Of a stretch of DNA of 64,000 bases, positions 49,618 through 62,800 are shown piece by piece; positions within the stretch are counted from its first letter, which is position 1, and each line of letters starts with the position of its first letter. The stretch is from assembly GCA_964234715.1 (NCBI GenBank), contig OZ174280.1; one strand, written 5' to 3'. The position numbers were made by a program, and so were the translations under genes. The notes beneath the pieces are model-generated. The model was given only the letters and a program-made list of their open reading frames with translations, ran no database searches and was not told the origin of the DNA. This DNA is from Podarcis melisellensis (lineage: Eukaryota).

Positions 49618-51269
49618 TGGTCTGAAACTGGCAGTTAGGGCAGAGTCTACATTCCACTGAAGCTGCTTGCCTACTCCAGCCCCCATTGCTTAGGGTGTAT
49701 TTGTTTGTGTGCTGTGTATGCTCCATGAGATCATGTGCACACAAGCATGCGCACACACTAGTACGCAGCCATTGGAAGGGTGGCAAACTTTCATTGTTTC
49801 CAGAGCACAATATTGAGCTAGATGGGCCAGTGATCTGGCTCAGTATGAAGCAGCTTCGTATGTTCCTGTGTAAACCGGTAGTATGGAGTCTTTGAGCCCA
49901 AATATACCAAAAATATTGCATTAAATATATTTTCAAGCATCTTGCTTTCTTATTTGGGGTTTGTAACATAAAGACACCACCCTCCCCTGCATAATTTTGG
50001 CATCAGGTGAAGGATGCTTGAAATAGTCTCCATATGGCAGCCTTAATGTTTTGAAGAGTTTCCTGGGTGGAAACACCTGTATTTGGTGGACGTTCCACAT
50101 GGCACCACTGGGCATTTTTAGTCATGGTGGCCAATGGGGTTACTGAAAGTCAGGGTGATCCACATGGCAAACTGCTCTACATTTTGCAGTGATCATATGG
50201 AGCAGCTGCCATGCAGAGACAACTTCAAGCAGTCCCACATGGCAGCTTTAACTGACTGCCTTTGCTCTGTAATGTCCAGAAACAATTTTATCCACTTGCC
50301 TATTACTCTTCAACAACCACTGTCCTCTTGAGGCTGAGTTTGCAAATCATAACACTATCCCAAAGAGGTGGCTCTATTGCTTTGTGACTGACTGCACTTT
50401 ACTTGTCCTGTTGTGCTAAAGATATGTGGGGAGAGGCACCTTTAGAGATGGCAGGATTTATATACAGACTACTGAACTTACAAAACTGTGCCCCCTCGAT
50501 TGGCACTGGAATAGAATACATGGGTTGCCCTTCCCTCACAATATATCAGTTGTTCTACGAATTATCAATGTAGTTGTTTGCAATGGGCCCTCATCTGAGG
50601 GCTATCCCCCCCCCCCACCACGCAAAAGACCTACTATCTGTTTTGTGGTCTAGTCCTAAGATGGGCAGAAAATCAATGGCTGTTACGTTAACATCAATCA
50701 CCTGTCTTGTTTTACCAGGCTTGTTGCTAACATTCATGCAACCGTTCTTCCTCAGATAAGGTTGATTCTTGAACCTTTAATGTACTGTTCAGGGTCAAGG
50801 GAAGGACTGTCCACCAGTCACAGAGTTTTAACACCCGCCACTATTTCTGCAGCACTCCTTTTATCAGTCAGAGAAAGGGATCTGGTGGTGGTGGTGTTTT
50901 CTTTTGCAAGGGAAATCAAAACAGGCCACATTTCCAATTGTGAAATTGCTGCAACAAGCCCCATCTGCTTTCACAAACTGACAAGAGACCTAAAGATAGA
51001 GAGCATCTGTGATTTCTCATAGGTGATTTTATGCAAACAAGGCATGTAGAAACTCAGATTTGGTCCATAATTTTGTAGATGCAGCAGGAGTCACTAGTTC
51101 TGCTTCCAATCACTGTCACTTTACACCAGTAAGCACAATTTCACCCCATCCCCAGGACTCATTTATGCCACTGCTACAGCTGGACTAACCAATGAGAATT
51201 AAGCTGCAATCCTAATCTCACTTACATGGGACGAAGCCCTATATAAATCAATGAGACTTGCTTCTGGGT

Positions 51270-51647
51270 AAGGATGGGGGAGAAATTTGATTCAGTTCAC
51301 ATTTAAAGGCAAACCTACCAAATTTTCAATCTCCAAAACAGTGTTAGAAATGAAACATGGCATCCTTTAAAATTTGAACTTTTACAAATTTTCTGGTATA
51401 CGTCTCCAACCAATGTTTACACAAATAGATGTATTGGGGAAAGTGCTCCTAAAATATGTACATTAGTCAAAACTGCATACAAAACAGATATTTATTGCAA
51501 GGAATTTGCACTAACATGCTGAAAAGTTTTCATGAGGATTTTTTGATTAAAAACACTGCAAATTGTTGCAGAAATAGGGATAAATGAATTTATGATTGGG
51601 AAAATGAGAAATTGAGAGAAGAAAAATCAACAGATCCATCTACCCTG
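51270..51647. repeat. AT-rich interspersed repeat; partial copies near 40600-40970, 59880-60105, 63585-63815
   Basis: Shared ctccaaccaa..acattag..aaaactgca..ggaaaaatgagaaa blocks. Confidence 0.6.
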
Positions 51648-53260
51648 ACTTGAATAGGCATTGTTAAGACTGCAACCTTGGCTACCTTCACTTGTACTTT
51701 ACAGATGCTGTTTTGAATCACTTAATACTGAATCATAGCTAGGTGTGTCTCCCTTGCTTCTTTTTTCTACTCAGTCCTGCTCAACATCCATACTTTCAAG
51801 TGTCAGTCGTGCATGGTTGTACTGACATTTTATTAAATTTGTTATGGGCTAGGTTTTAACATGATGGGTTGCTGCTCTTAATACATGTTGACCCAACATG
51901 TTGCCTCCCCAAACTGGGATGTGCATCTTCCCGGCCGTGTTCCTGCACAAGTCAAGTGCCTCCTAAGAGATCACGGTGCCCAAAATGGCCACCAGCTCTC
52001 ACAGGGAAAAACAATGTCCCAGTTTTTCTAGGACACTTATGGGGTATGTTAATGATAATCATACTTAGTTTAATTGCAATATTTTTGTAGCCCACCCTGG
52101 AACTATACCATGGAAATGACCCTTGAAGTATACACAATAAACATGTGGAGACACAATGGGGTTCGGAAATGTATGGGGAGCCAGTAGGTGACTATGTGTT
52201 AAAAAGCAATTTAAAGCAACTCCTGAAAAGGGACACTGGTGCTCCATCTGACACACCATGGGAGAAAATTGGAGGTGGTGTCCAAACTGATTTTTACTAA
52301 AGTGTGTCCAAAATTTGTGCTTTCCCACCATTGAGCTATTCCTTAAACAGAAGTACAACACACCAAAGTGGAAAAGATTGTGACCAGGTAACATGTGCCA
52401 GCTCAGTTTGCTGTTTCGTGTTGTTGATAAGCTTCAGGGCTGCTGTCCTTCCTTTTCGTGGTTCTTTATCTTTAAAATGGACTTAGACGGGACAACCCTT
52501 CAAAGTGAGGATACCTCCAGACAGACAGCACTTCAGTTTAGAGGACTGACCTCTGTAAAGTCAGACACATGGACAACCTACAGCTTTAGCATTTCTGCTT
52601 CCATCCCTGAGCAGGCTCTTTCCTTGTGTCTCTTCTGGCACCACACTTGCATAAATCTACACATTCTCCTGGCATCTTTGAAGCCCAGTTTTCCCCACCA
52701 CAGAGCAGGAGGGCTAAAGCCAGGTCTGCCCAGATGGTCATCACAGCTGGGAGAGTGAGAAATTGAGTCGGAGTCAAGGAAGACACAATAGCGGGGGAAA
52801 GGCCACGGGGTTCCTTCCTGCTGTGTGCCTGACGCTCCTCATCTCTCCAGCAGAACTGCCCTGTTATGTTTGTTGCATAATAGATGAACCAGACTTTCTA
52901 TCTGGGAGTGGTAGCGAGCAGCCACCATCTCCCCCCATCTGTGTAGCAGAAGGGCATCATGTCAACACAGGAACTGTGCGGAAAGGTGCCTGGCATGCTT
53001 AATAAGGGAAGAAAGCGACTGTGCTTTGGGCAGCTCAGCATGACTTGCCAGAGGGAGCATTAGCAGGACCTTTCAGGAGCACAGTGGTCAGGTATAACAG
53101 CACTCCGGGTTAAGAGCTGTTGACCACAGGAGAAAACCTGCATTTGGTTGGATGCAATCACAGAAGTGAAAGGAGAGGCATGAGGGATGTAGTGGCTGTG
53201 GCAACAAGACTTGCAGGAAGAGGCTGGAGGAGCCTTGGTCCTACCACAATCTGTATAGAT

Positions 53261-53436
53261 CAGGGGTAGTCAACCTTTTTATACCTACTGCCCACTAATG
53301 CATCTTTCTTGGTGGTAAAATTGCCTTACCGCCCACCAGTGCTCAATGGAAGGAGGATTCAGCTTGTGCTGGAGAACCCCTTACCGCCCACCTAGAATCC
53401 ACTAGTAGGTGGCAGGCACCAGGTTGACAACCCCTT
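53261..53436. mobile_element. hAT (Charlie-like) MITE
   Basis: caggggtagtcaacct..aggttgacaacccct; TSD gtatagat/gtaaagat. Confidence 0.8.
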
Positions 53437-53882
53437 GTAAAGATGGAAAGGAGGACTATGGACAGAACTTATTTCCAAATTCAAGCTTCCAACCATGGTG
53501 AACAATTCCAATAAACACAACCTTTAAATATTATGCAGCTTTACTTGCTACTGGGAAGTTGTTCCTTTAATGAGCGGAGCCCCAAGTGTATTTCTGAGTA
53601 CTGCCAATCCCTATTGCATCATTTTGGGTTAATGACCTTTTTTGTACACTGCCCACCTGGCTTTTTTAAAAGGTACCATTAAAAGCCTCTAGTAGAAGAT
53701 GAGGCAGGGAACTAACTATATCATGTGTCAGGGTAGGACTTCTGTACTGTATGGTGTTGGATTGGATTGAACCCATTGGATTCCTCCCAACTCTACAATT
53801 CTATAATTCTTGCATATTGGTGTCCCTCCTACCAAGAGATTAAGATCTCAGCCTTTACACACTTAGAGGGTCATGTGAGCCC

Positions 53883-53888
53883 TTTATT
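53883..53888 (-). terminator. Polyadenylation signal of BPIFB-like gene
   Basis: AATAAA on minus strand about 185 nt after the stop. Confidence 0.55.
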
Positions 53889-54071
53889 ACAGGATATACA
53901 AGAAATGCGGTACCTACAACAAACTGAATTAACAGCCATCACCCAGAAGTTTGGCAGCTGAAATATGATAAATCCCAGAGCATTAGAAGGTATAATCCAA
54001 TCAGTTTGAAGTGAACATTTGATGAACTCTTTTAACATTCTGCCTCTTCAAGGTGCTGCTGATTTGATTGG

Positions 54072-54095
54072 TCACATTGAAATCACTAGGCCATC
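54072..54095 (-). CDS. BPIFB-like last coding exon (DGLVISM*)
   Basis: ctcttcttag|GAT GGC CTA GTG ATT TCA ATG TGA. Confidence 0.85.
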   Translation of the reverse strand, partial: DGLVISM

Positions 54096-56816
54096 CTAAG
54101 AAGAGAGAAGTTATAGGTGTTTAAATTATTCCTTTGAGATACCAGTCTTTATTCCAATAACAGATGGAAGTACCCAGCCCAGCACACAACCTTAAGGAGG
54201 AAACAGATGAGGAAACACAGGCAACTCCACTCAGTGGGAGCCGCCCAATGGTACGGTCCCATGGGCATTCCCAACCTAAGGACATAGCTCTTTTGCCTCC
54301 CTCCAACTCACAGGTTGAATCCCCAATAACATCCCACCCCATCCCTTCTTTTCTACATTGTAGAAGTGCAGAATTGGTTGAGGACCCTTTGAGTCAGAAC
54401 AGCTAGCTCCTCAATGCAGACCTTGCCAACCTACCTAAGGCCTCAGGTGGGCCTAGCTCTTTCCTAAGACAGCACCTTTCAGAGCTTAGCCAGCAGGATT
54501 AGTGGATGCTGCTCTTTGCCTGACCTTGTTTTCGTGCTCCCACTTCCCTTGGAAATCCAAGCAGGACAAATACAATATACATGGGGAACCAAATAATTGG
54601 ATCTAAATAAGAAAATAGGTCTCCTTCCTCCACAGTGTCCATCTTGCATGCCAAAGGTGGTGCTAGAAGGATGGCAGCCTTCCATTGCTGGGCATTTGCT
54701 ATAAGGTTCTGTGTCTTTGCTGTACCTGGAAAAGGGCGGTGTTGACTTTGGTCCACTTGACATTTAGCATGGAAGGCAAGGTAATTCCTCTCCTGAGCAT
54801 GCCTAGAACAGAGAACAGCCAATGGACCTGCCTTCATGGTCATTAGTTAGCTGAGCAGCCCCTCATGAAATGTTAGCTCCTGTTCCCGCAGCTGAAGCCC
54901 TCCATTTTCTGTGAAACAGCTGCCTGGCTTACCATTCATGGCTGGTAGGAAGCTGTTTGTATGAAGGTTGTTGATGTACTCATGGAGCTTCTGGGCCTGG
55001 AATATAGGACATTCTTTCAGGAGAATCATAGGCAGGCCTGAGCCCCACATTTAGTACACATATTAAATCCATATATATCCACCACATGTACTATAAGTCT
55101 TTTTTAAAGGATTGGGCTGTCTTTTAAGGACTATAATAAAAGTGGATTCAAGTGATCTATTGAAATCCATGCACAGACAGCTTCATCAGGAAGCTTTTCA
55201 CATAATCCATTAATCACCCATTTGCCTGGTGGCTAGGGTGTATTCAGCCTTCATTCTCTGATGTCAAACCACAAAGCTGTACCTAAGCCAGGTAGATAAG
55301 TTTGTGCAGAATGCGCGGAACAAGAAGACATGTAAGCAAAGATACACTTGGAGTAGAGAGAGCTTTACCTCCTCCTTGAGTATCTGGCTATAAAACATGC
55401 AGTCAATATCCTCAATTCTCTTGGATCAGGTTGTGGATTGAAGGCTCATGCTATACAGCACACCCTATTGTTTCATGAAAAATAGATTGATTTGCCTGTG
55501 GCATATTTCAGGCCTTGAAGAGAAGACTTACATTGGTAGAGCCAACAGATGAGGATGCCTGAACACCATCAAAGCTACAGGGAAAGAAAGCAATCAGATT
55601 AGGGGGTGGGATGCAAGCCATGACTCCAGTGGCATAGCGTGGGTTGTCAGCACCCGGGGCAAGGCAAGTAATTTGCGCCCCCTAACCCGTGGATTTGCAC
55701 CCCCTAACCCGTGGATTTGCGCCCCCTAACCCTAACCCCCAGATGTTGCGCCCGGTGCGGCCAGCCCCCCCTGCACCCCCACGCTACGCCACTGCATGAC
55801 TCTCTACAGCAGTGGTTTTCAACCAGTGTGCCATGGTTGTATTCCTTATTTCTACTAGCTGCTCACAATCTCTCACTACTACCTGAAAACAAATCCAGTA
55901 AGAAAAATACCCATACCTCTTTTGTGACAAAGAGATCAACAGTTTGCCATTAGAAGCTGAGAGCTTTGCATTGAAGATGATGACCTGCAACAACAACAAA
56001 AATATGTATCATTGCAAATGGCTGGACTGGCACAGCCTCAATTACAGTCTTTACTGTTTAAAAAAAAATGTGTTGTGGCATCTTAAGGGCTAACATTTAT
56101 TATGGCACCACAGACTAGCGTCTACTTCATCATATGTAAACCTAATACCATAATATATGTATTAAATTGTGGAACCTAGACTAGCACAGCAAATGCTACA
56201 TTACGAAGAGTTTCCTGACAGTAAGAGCTGTTCGACAGTGGAATTTGCTGCCAAGGAGTGTGGTGGAGTCTCCTTCTTTGGAGGCCTTTAAGCAGAGGCT
56301 TGACAACCATATGTCAGGAGTGCTCTGATGGTGTTTCCTGCTTGGCAGGGGGTTGGACTCGATGGCCCTTGTGGTCTCTTCCAACTCTATGATTCTATTC
56401 TATGATTCTACATCTCTAGAAAGTCTTAGCTTTGTTGTTATTGCTGTTCTGTTTGTTGTAGATCACATAACAAGTTTGTGCCGGGGGGGGGGGAGAGAGA
56501 AACTGCTGGGAGTTGCATGTATACATGCATGGATTATAGCACACCCCTTTTCTATTTCTTTCTTCTTATTTGTAAAAGACACTGTTAATTTACTCTGGCC
56601 GCATAGGGAACATCATTCATTTCTACATATATCAAGTGACATACAACACAAGACCATCCTATTATGAATGAACTGTTTCAAAGAGATAAACAATTATATG
56701 ACTTTCCGAAGATATCTGAAGGCAGCCCTGTATCATGAAGTTTTAATGCCTGATATTTCATTATGTTTTTTATTTTCTGTTGGAAGCCACCCAGATTGGG
56801 TGGGGTATAAGTAATA

Positions 56817-56868
<52 letters not shown>

Positions 56869-59800
56869 TTCTATTCTGTTCAACAGGAATTGGCCATTGC
56901 TTTGTCAGTGAAAATCTGGCTAGGATACTCTGACAAGTTTGCATTTACTGTATGGGGGCATGTATATGAATCTTGCGTGTATAAGTGAGGTTTAGTTGAG
57001 GTGAACCTGGCCATCAGAAGAATATAATTAGTGTACCGTGGCCAATGTGCTGTGCAATTCATGTTTTTTTCTGCATTTTGTAAAGTTTATTTAAGAACAT
57101 AAGAAGAGCCTGATGGAATGGATCAATGGCTCATCAAGTCCAACATCCTGTTCTCACAGTGGCCAACCAGATGCCATGTGGTATTTATTGGTTTACACTG
57201 CTCCTGGAATCTTTTGGTCAGAGATTGGGAACCTGTGGCTCTCCAGTTGCTGTTTGACTCCCAACTCTCATCAGCATGGCCAATAGACAGAGGTTGTTGG
57301 AGTTGTGGCCAGTCAACATCTGAAAGGCCCAGGTTCCTATCTCTGCTTTTGATGAAGGGGAGAAATTTTTTTAGATAAATAAATAAAATGGAGGTCATGC
57401 AGGTGTTTTGCTTCAATACTCACAACTTCCCACTGCAGGACCGACTGACCATGTACAAACACATCAGAGAAAAGAGGCTGTTTCACCACAACACTCTGGC
57501 TGTCTATGGAAATGAGTGGAAAATTTGAGCCCCTTATCTTTACCACCAAAGGTTGTGGAGCAGGGAAGCGCTCAGAAATCTGCAAGAGAAGGCAAGGTGT
57601 CATGAGCTTCTGGTATCTGTGTGTGGCTGCCACTTCTACAGACCTTCGTTCCCATTAGGACAAGACACAATTTCCAGGGCTATTATCCTAAAGGATGGTC
57701 TCATGAGACAATGAGATTTAGAATGCAGACACTGTGTTCAGGTTCTGCTACCAAAAGAGCTTTTAATGCAAATATATATTCAGCAGATTCCAAGCTTAAT
57801 AAGCATATAAGATTCTAATACTTAGGCGAGCATAGCAGTGCATCTAGGCAGCTAATTAGTTAGACTTTGTATGCAACAACAGTGATTGCCTGCTGACTCT
57901 ATTCATGCAAATTTGTATGAAGCACTTATTTTTTAAGCAAGCAAACTTTGGGTTGAATGGCTTAGTTATGTCCTGTGCTGCGTAAGCGGGCAATCCTATG
58001 CATGTCTTCTCAGAAGAAAGCCTCACTGAGTTCAGTGGAGCTTTCTGTCATGGGACTGCAGCCTTAATGACTCACGGTATATCTTTAAAAGATGCACACA
58101 TATAAGGAGAAGATCAAGTGCTTGGTTTGAATGGCCTATTGCCAGAGGAGCATAAAAAGAAAACACACTAACCTTTGTAATTGCACTTGCCAAGTCAGTT
58201 GTCATGAGTTGTTTCTGTTGATAAAGGGAATAGTAAAGTGAATCAGCTTTGGAAATCTCTAATTAATTTCTGAAACACTCATTCAGGGCTAGCAGGCCAA
58301 TAGGAGAAAACATAAAGGCCACCCACCAACAGCAGCTTGGGCCCACTCTTCCCTACTCCCATGTTAGAACCATTCACTCTGTCTCTCTTCCTCTCTCCTT
58401 TCATGTTGCCTTACTCTGCATACAAAAAGGGCTTACGTAGGTAGTTGGAACCAAATAACTCCAATATGAGCTAACACACCACTTTGGAGGCGGGATGGGA
58501 AACAGCAGAAGGGACACTGTGTTGCCTTGCTTTACAGCAGGGACAAGGAACCCTGACAAGAGAGTTTGGCTTCTGTGTTGTGCTGTGTGAAAAGGACTTC
58601 ATTTCTTGCAGGGCAGCACAGAAAAGCTCCCACCTCCCCTTACTCTCTGTTTCTCCTCTCTCCCAGCCCCTTGCATTGGTCTGTCTTCCGCCTCTTGGGC
58701 CTTGATCTTTCTGCTTCCTCCTGCTGCTTAACCCCCCCCCCCTCTCTCTCTCCTGTCTCCAAGAGACCCAACCCTTAACCTTTTTCTCCCCCACCTAACC
58801 TCTAGCCTCATCTTTTCTTTACCTGTTCCACTGCTTCAATTCTGAGTGTTTTCTCTCTGTGCAAGCATCTCTTCCTATTGGGACCTCTGGCTCCACTTAA
58901 CACTGGCTCTACCTGCTGTTAGTTGCCTTGCCCTCTGCTCTGTCATTTGCCCCACTGGCTTCAGTGGTCATCAGCTGCTGTCTGTGTCCAAGCACAATTT
59001 GTTTTGGGGGTTTGTTTTGTTTTGCCTGATTGTCATGGGTTCTAGGAATCCATTGTCGAGGAGACTTGCTGGAACAATCAGGATTTTCCTACTTCATACA
59101 TTTTTTGATAAGCCTGGCACTAAACCTCATCCACAAAGCATAGGGAGAAGCAATCTCCCTCTCTCAAACAAGATGAAAGGTGTGTGCAAAGGCAAGGAGA
59201 AGGAGAAGCATCTGATTATGAAAGATGAGGGCAGGAATAAGGGACATTGCAAGACATATGTTCAAAGTGACCACAGAAACAATATTACTTCCTTAACAAG
59301 ACAGTCCGTTTCAGAGGGAGAAGTCAGGAAGCAGAAAGCTAATTAGGGGCAATCAGTGATAGGACAGGGGATGAGGAGCAAACCATTTCCATTCATCATG
59401 TTATTTTTAGAGAAAGTGTGCTTGAAAATGTTCTGGTGAAATTACAATAGAAGGAAGGAGATGCACAGCCAATTATGCATCCTCTAAATTGAGGATGACC
59501 TTTTATGTTCTATGAGGCTACACTGTTCTAGAAATAGAAGCAATCCTCAAAACCAGGAAATGTCCAGTCATCTTGCCCTAAATCTATCAAGGATAACCTT
59601 GGAACAGTCCTCTATAGCAGGGGAGCTGGTGGTCCTCCAGATGTTGTTGCACTCCAGCTCCTATCAGCCCCATCCAGCATGGCCAACCGTCAAGGACGAT
59701 GGGCAATATAGCCCAGCAACATCTGGAGGATCATAGGTCCCCCACCTCTACTATAATATAGATTTTGTAGCTACTGTTCCATTGTTTGGGTGGTTGCTTG

Positions 59801-62800
59801 CTGTAGTTTCATATCTCCCTGAAGCTTTTCTTAGTGTTAGCTGTAAGCTTTGCATGAGGCTTTTAAATGATGGAGGAAGAACATCTTCAAGGCAATTGCT
59901 GGAAACAAGATTGTAATGAAAGTATTTCTCTGGTGCAAACTGGGTTCATTAGCAGAAATTAGCAGTAAAATGCTGGTGAATTTCCAGAAAGCATATATGT
60001 GTATATATATGCTGCAAATAGCTGCAGAAATGTCATAAAGTGAATTTGACTGGAAAAATGAGAAATCAAGAGAAACCAAAAATGACACATTCAACCATTC
60101 CTACCTAGCTCTACACAAGTGCAAATAATGGAGATGGGCTTGCACATTTTTCTCTTGGGCAACAGCTTAATCTACAGGAAATTAGCTGTTAAATAGTTAT
60201 CTCTAGGTTGATAAAAGCTTTGCCTAGTGTTTCTGTACAACGACTAAGCTACTGTTAAAAGCACAGCCACAGAGGCCAGTGAAAAAAATATCAACCCTTG
60301 GTAAAGAACAGATTCTAGAATGGAAAGGGGCGCTTTTCATGAGAAAGTCAATGGATCCATCAGAGGATGGGGGAGGGGCATAAGAGAGGTAAAGGGAGAA
60401 AGGGGAACAAGAACATAAGAGACTTGCTGGCTGATCAGAGCAAATCCTCTTTTCTACAGCAGCCAAACAGATGCCCACAAGCAAGATATGAATCCATCTC
60501 CTGTTGTTGCTCCCCATACTGCTCCTAAAATATGGAATCACCAGTGTGGGGAGTGGAGTTGCAAGGGCTCACAGGTGCACATGTATGGCTAAGAGTAGAT
60601 CATTTTGGCAACATATCATCTACAGCCACAAAATGTATAGCACTAACACTGTGTCATATAGAAGCACGGAAACCCAAAATTTATGGTCACTTTACCCCTG
60701 CTCCTTTGGTAAGGTTGGCACTGCAGCCTCCAGTCAGGGCAGCAATCCCAATGCTGATGAAATCCTTGCTCAGAGTCAAGTGGAAGTTAGTGCCAGACTG
60801 TGGAGTCGCTTGGAAAAGTGTGGTGCTGGGTGGACTTCCCGGCAGAGAAACCTGAAATGTAGCCTGGTGGGAGATCCAAGGGGGAAATGCAGGACATCTT
60901 TGTTAATCCTTTAAAGAGAGTATGTCAGCCTTAAGGCTGCTATTTCTCCTTCCCAGCTGTTTGCAGGAACTCTCCTTGCTGTTTTGAGAATCTTGTATTT
61001 CAAAAACCCAGTTTATCCCCTTATCCACAATCAACCACTGCGCTCTGCAAAAGAGGGTATCCTGCAGATAACTTCAGGATTCTGCAGGAATAAGAACTTC
61101 AGCATGCTGGTTTCCCCTCCTGTTACATATTAGACAGACCCCATCTGTTATCATTTGGGGACCTACTGAAGACCTTCCTCTTTTGGAAAGACTTTTAAGT
61201 GGAGATCTTGTCCCAATCCCCATCTGTATTGGAACTATTTTTAAACTATTTTTACACGTGGAATTATCTTTAAATGTTTTAAGTTCACAACTGTTTCATT
61301 TTTGTTTTGATTGTATATTTTATTGCTTTATCCCACCCTGGGATCTTGTGGAGACGGATGGGTAAGGAAAATACAGAACTACAGAAATAAAACCAACGCT
61401 CTAACTCTCAGTCGGGACGCGGGTGGCGCTGTGGGTTAAACCACAGAACCTAGGACTTGCCGATCAGAAGGTCGGCGGTTCGAATCCCCGCGACGGGGTG
61501 AGCTCCCGTTGCTCGGTCCCTGCTCCTCCCTAGCAGTTCGAAAGCATGTCAAAGTGCAAGTAGATAAATAGGTACCGCTCTGGTGGGAAGGTCAACGGCG
61601 TTTCCATGCGCTGCTCTGGTTCTCCAGAAGCGGCTTAGTCATGCTGGCCACATGACCCGGAAGCTGTATGCCATCTCCCTTGGCCACTAAAGCGAGATGA
61701 GCACCGCAACCCCCGAGTCGGTCACGACTGGACCTAATGGTCAGGGATCCCTTTGCCTTTAACCCTCAGTCAAGTTCTGTGCTCTTTAGTCCTACAGATG
61801 TCATTAGACTTAAGACCATGGACCCAGGTAGGGAGTTTTGCCTAAGGCTGGGCTGATTATCCTCTCACCTGATACACACACACATTCTCTCCCTCTCCCT
61901 CTTGTCTACCTTTCCCCTCAACCTACTAGTTTTCTTTGTGTTAGGAATTTCTGGTGTTGGGTCATGCAATTCCGCTCCTCCCACATATCCTGAAATGGTA
62001 CCTTCCCAAGAGAGCTGTGTCATGTGCTTCTTCTTATAAAGGCAGATCTTGTGGAATAAAACAGGAACAGCAGCAGAAAGCCATACCACAACTACATCTA
62101 CGCCTGACTTCCATTGCCACAATCACAAGGCAAGAAAAGAGGTTATAGATATGGGGATTAGTCAGAATTTCATAAGGCAACCTGTTCTCCAAAGCCAAGA
62201 ATAATACTTGCCTGATAAGGAATCAGGAAATACCTATCGTTTACTTTAGGGGAACCTATTAGATCATAATGGATGGTCCCAAATGTTCCAACAGGAACTG
62301 CAGCTGCAAGAGAAATACAAAGAGATTGTTGAATCACGTGCAAAACCCATGAAAGAGCATGTGGCTATTGCGACCTGAGCCACCTCTTTTGTGCTGCTCT
62401 TTTACGATATATATGATATCTTTATAATTGTAAGGTTAAAACAGACTTGAAAAGTACATTCAGTTCAACCATTTGCCTCGAGCCTTAGAAATAGGGCAGG
62501 CTATCAGACAAGGGCAATTGTTGCTTATGATGCTCAATGAGTCAATTGGCAGTAATTCCTGGGACCAGATAGGTGTCCCTGAATACAGATCACTTCCATT
62601 GATGGATTGACTTAATAAAACCATGGAGAATCACTGTGAGATAACCATACCTAATTTAGGGCATAGAACACTTGGATAGTTACCAGCTGATTTCTTATCT
62701 TCTGTTTCCGAACAAAGTTATTTGTTAGCCTCTGCTAGGCTGTTCCACAAAGTCTCCCCAGCAGAAGCAAAGGTGGTTGGAAAAAGAGGATGTCATCAGC

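Noticed and set aside
45000-54000. CBFA2T2 3' end expected from human synteny
   Set aside because: No MYND-finger (CWNCGRKA) exon seen
54164-54406. 80-aa plus-strand ORF MEVPSPAH...
   Set aside because: Lies antisense in the last BPIFB-like intron with no supporting evidence
55676-55740. Interstitial telomere
   Set aside because: Only 1-2 CCCTAA units inside a MITE
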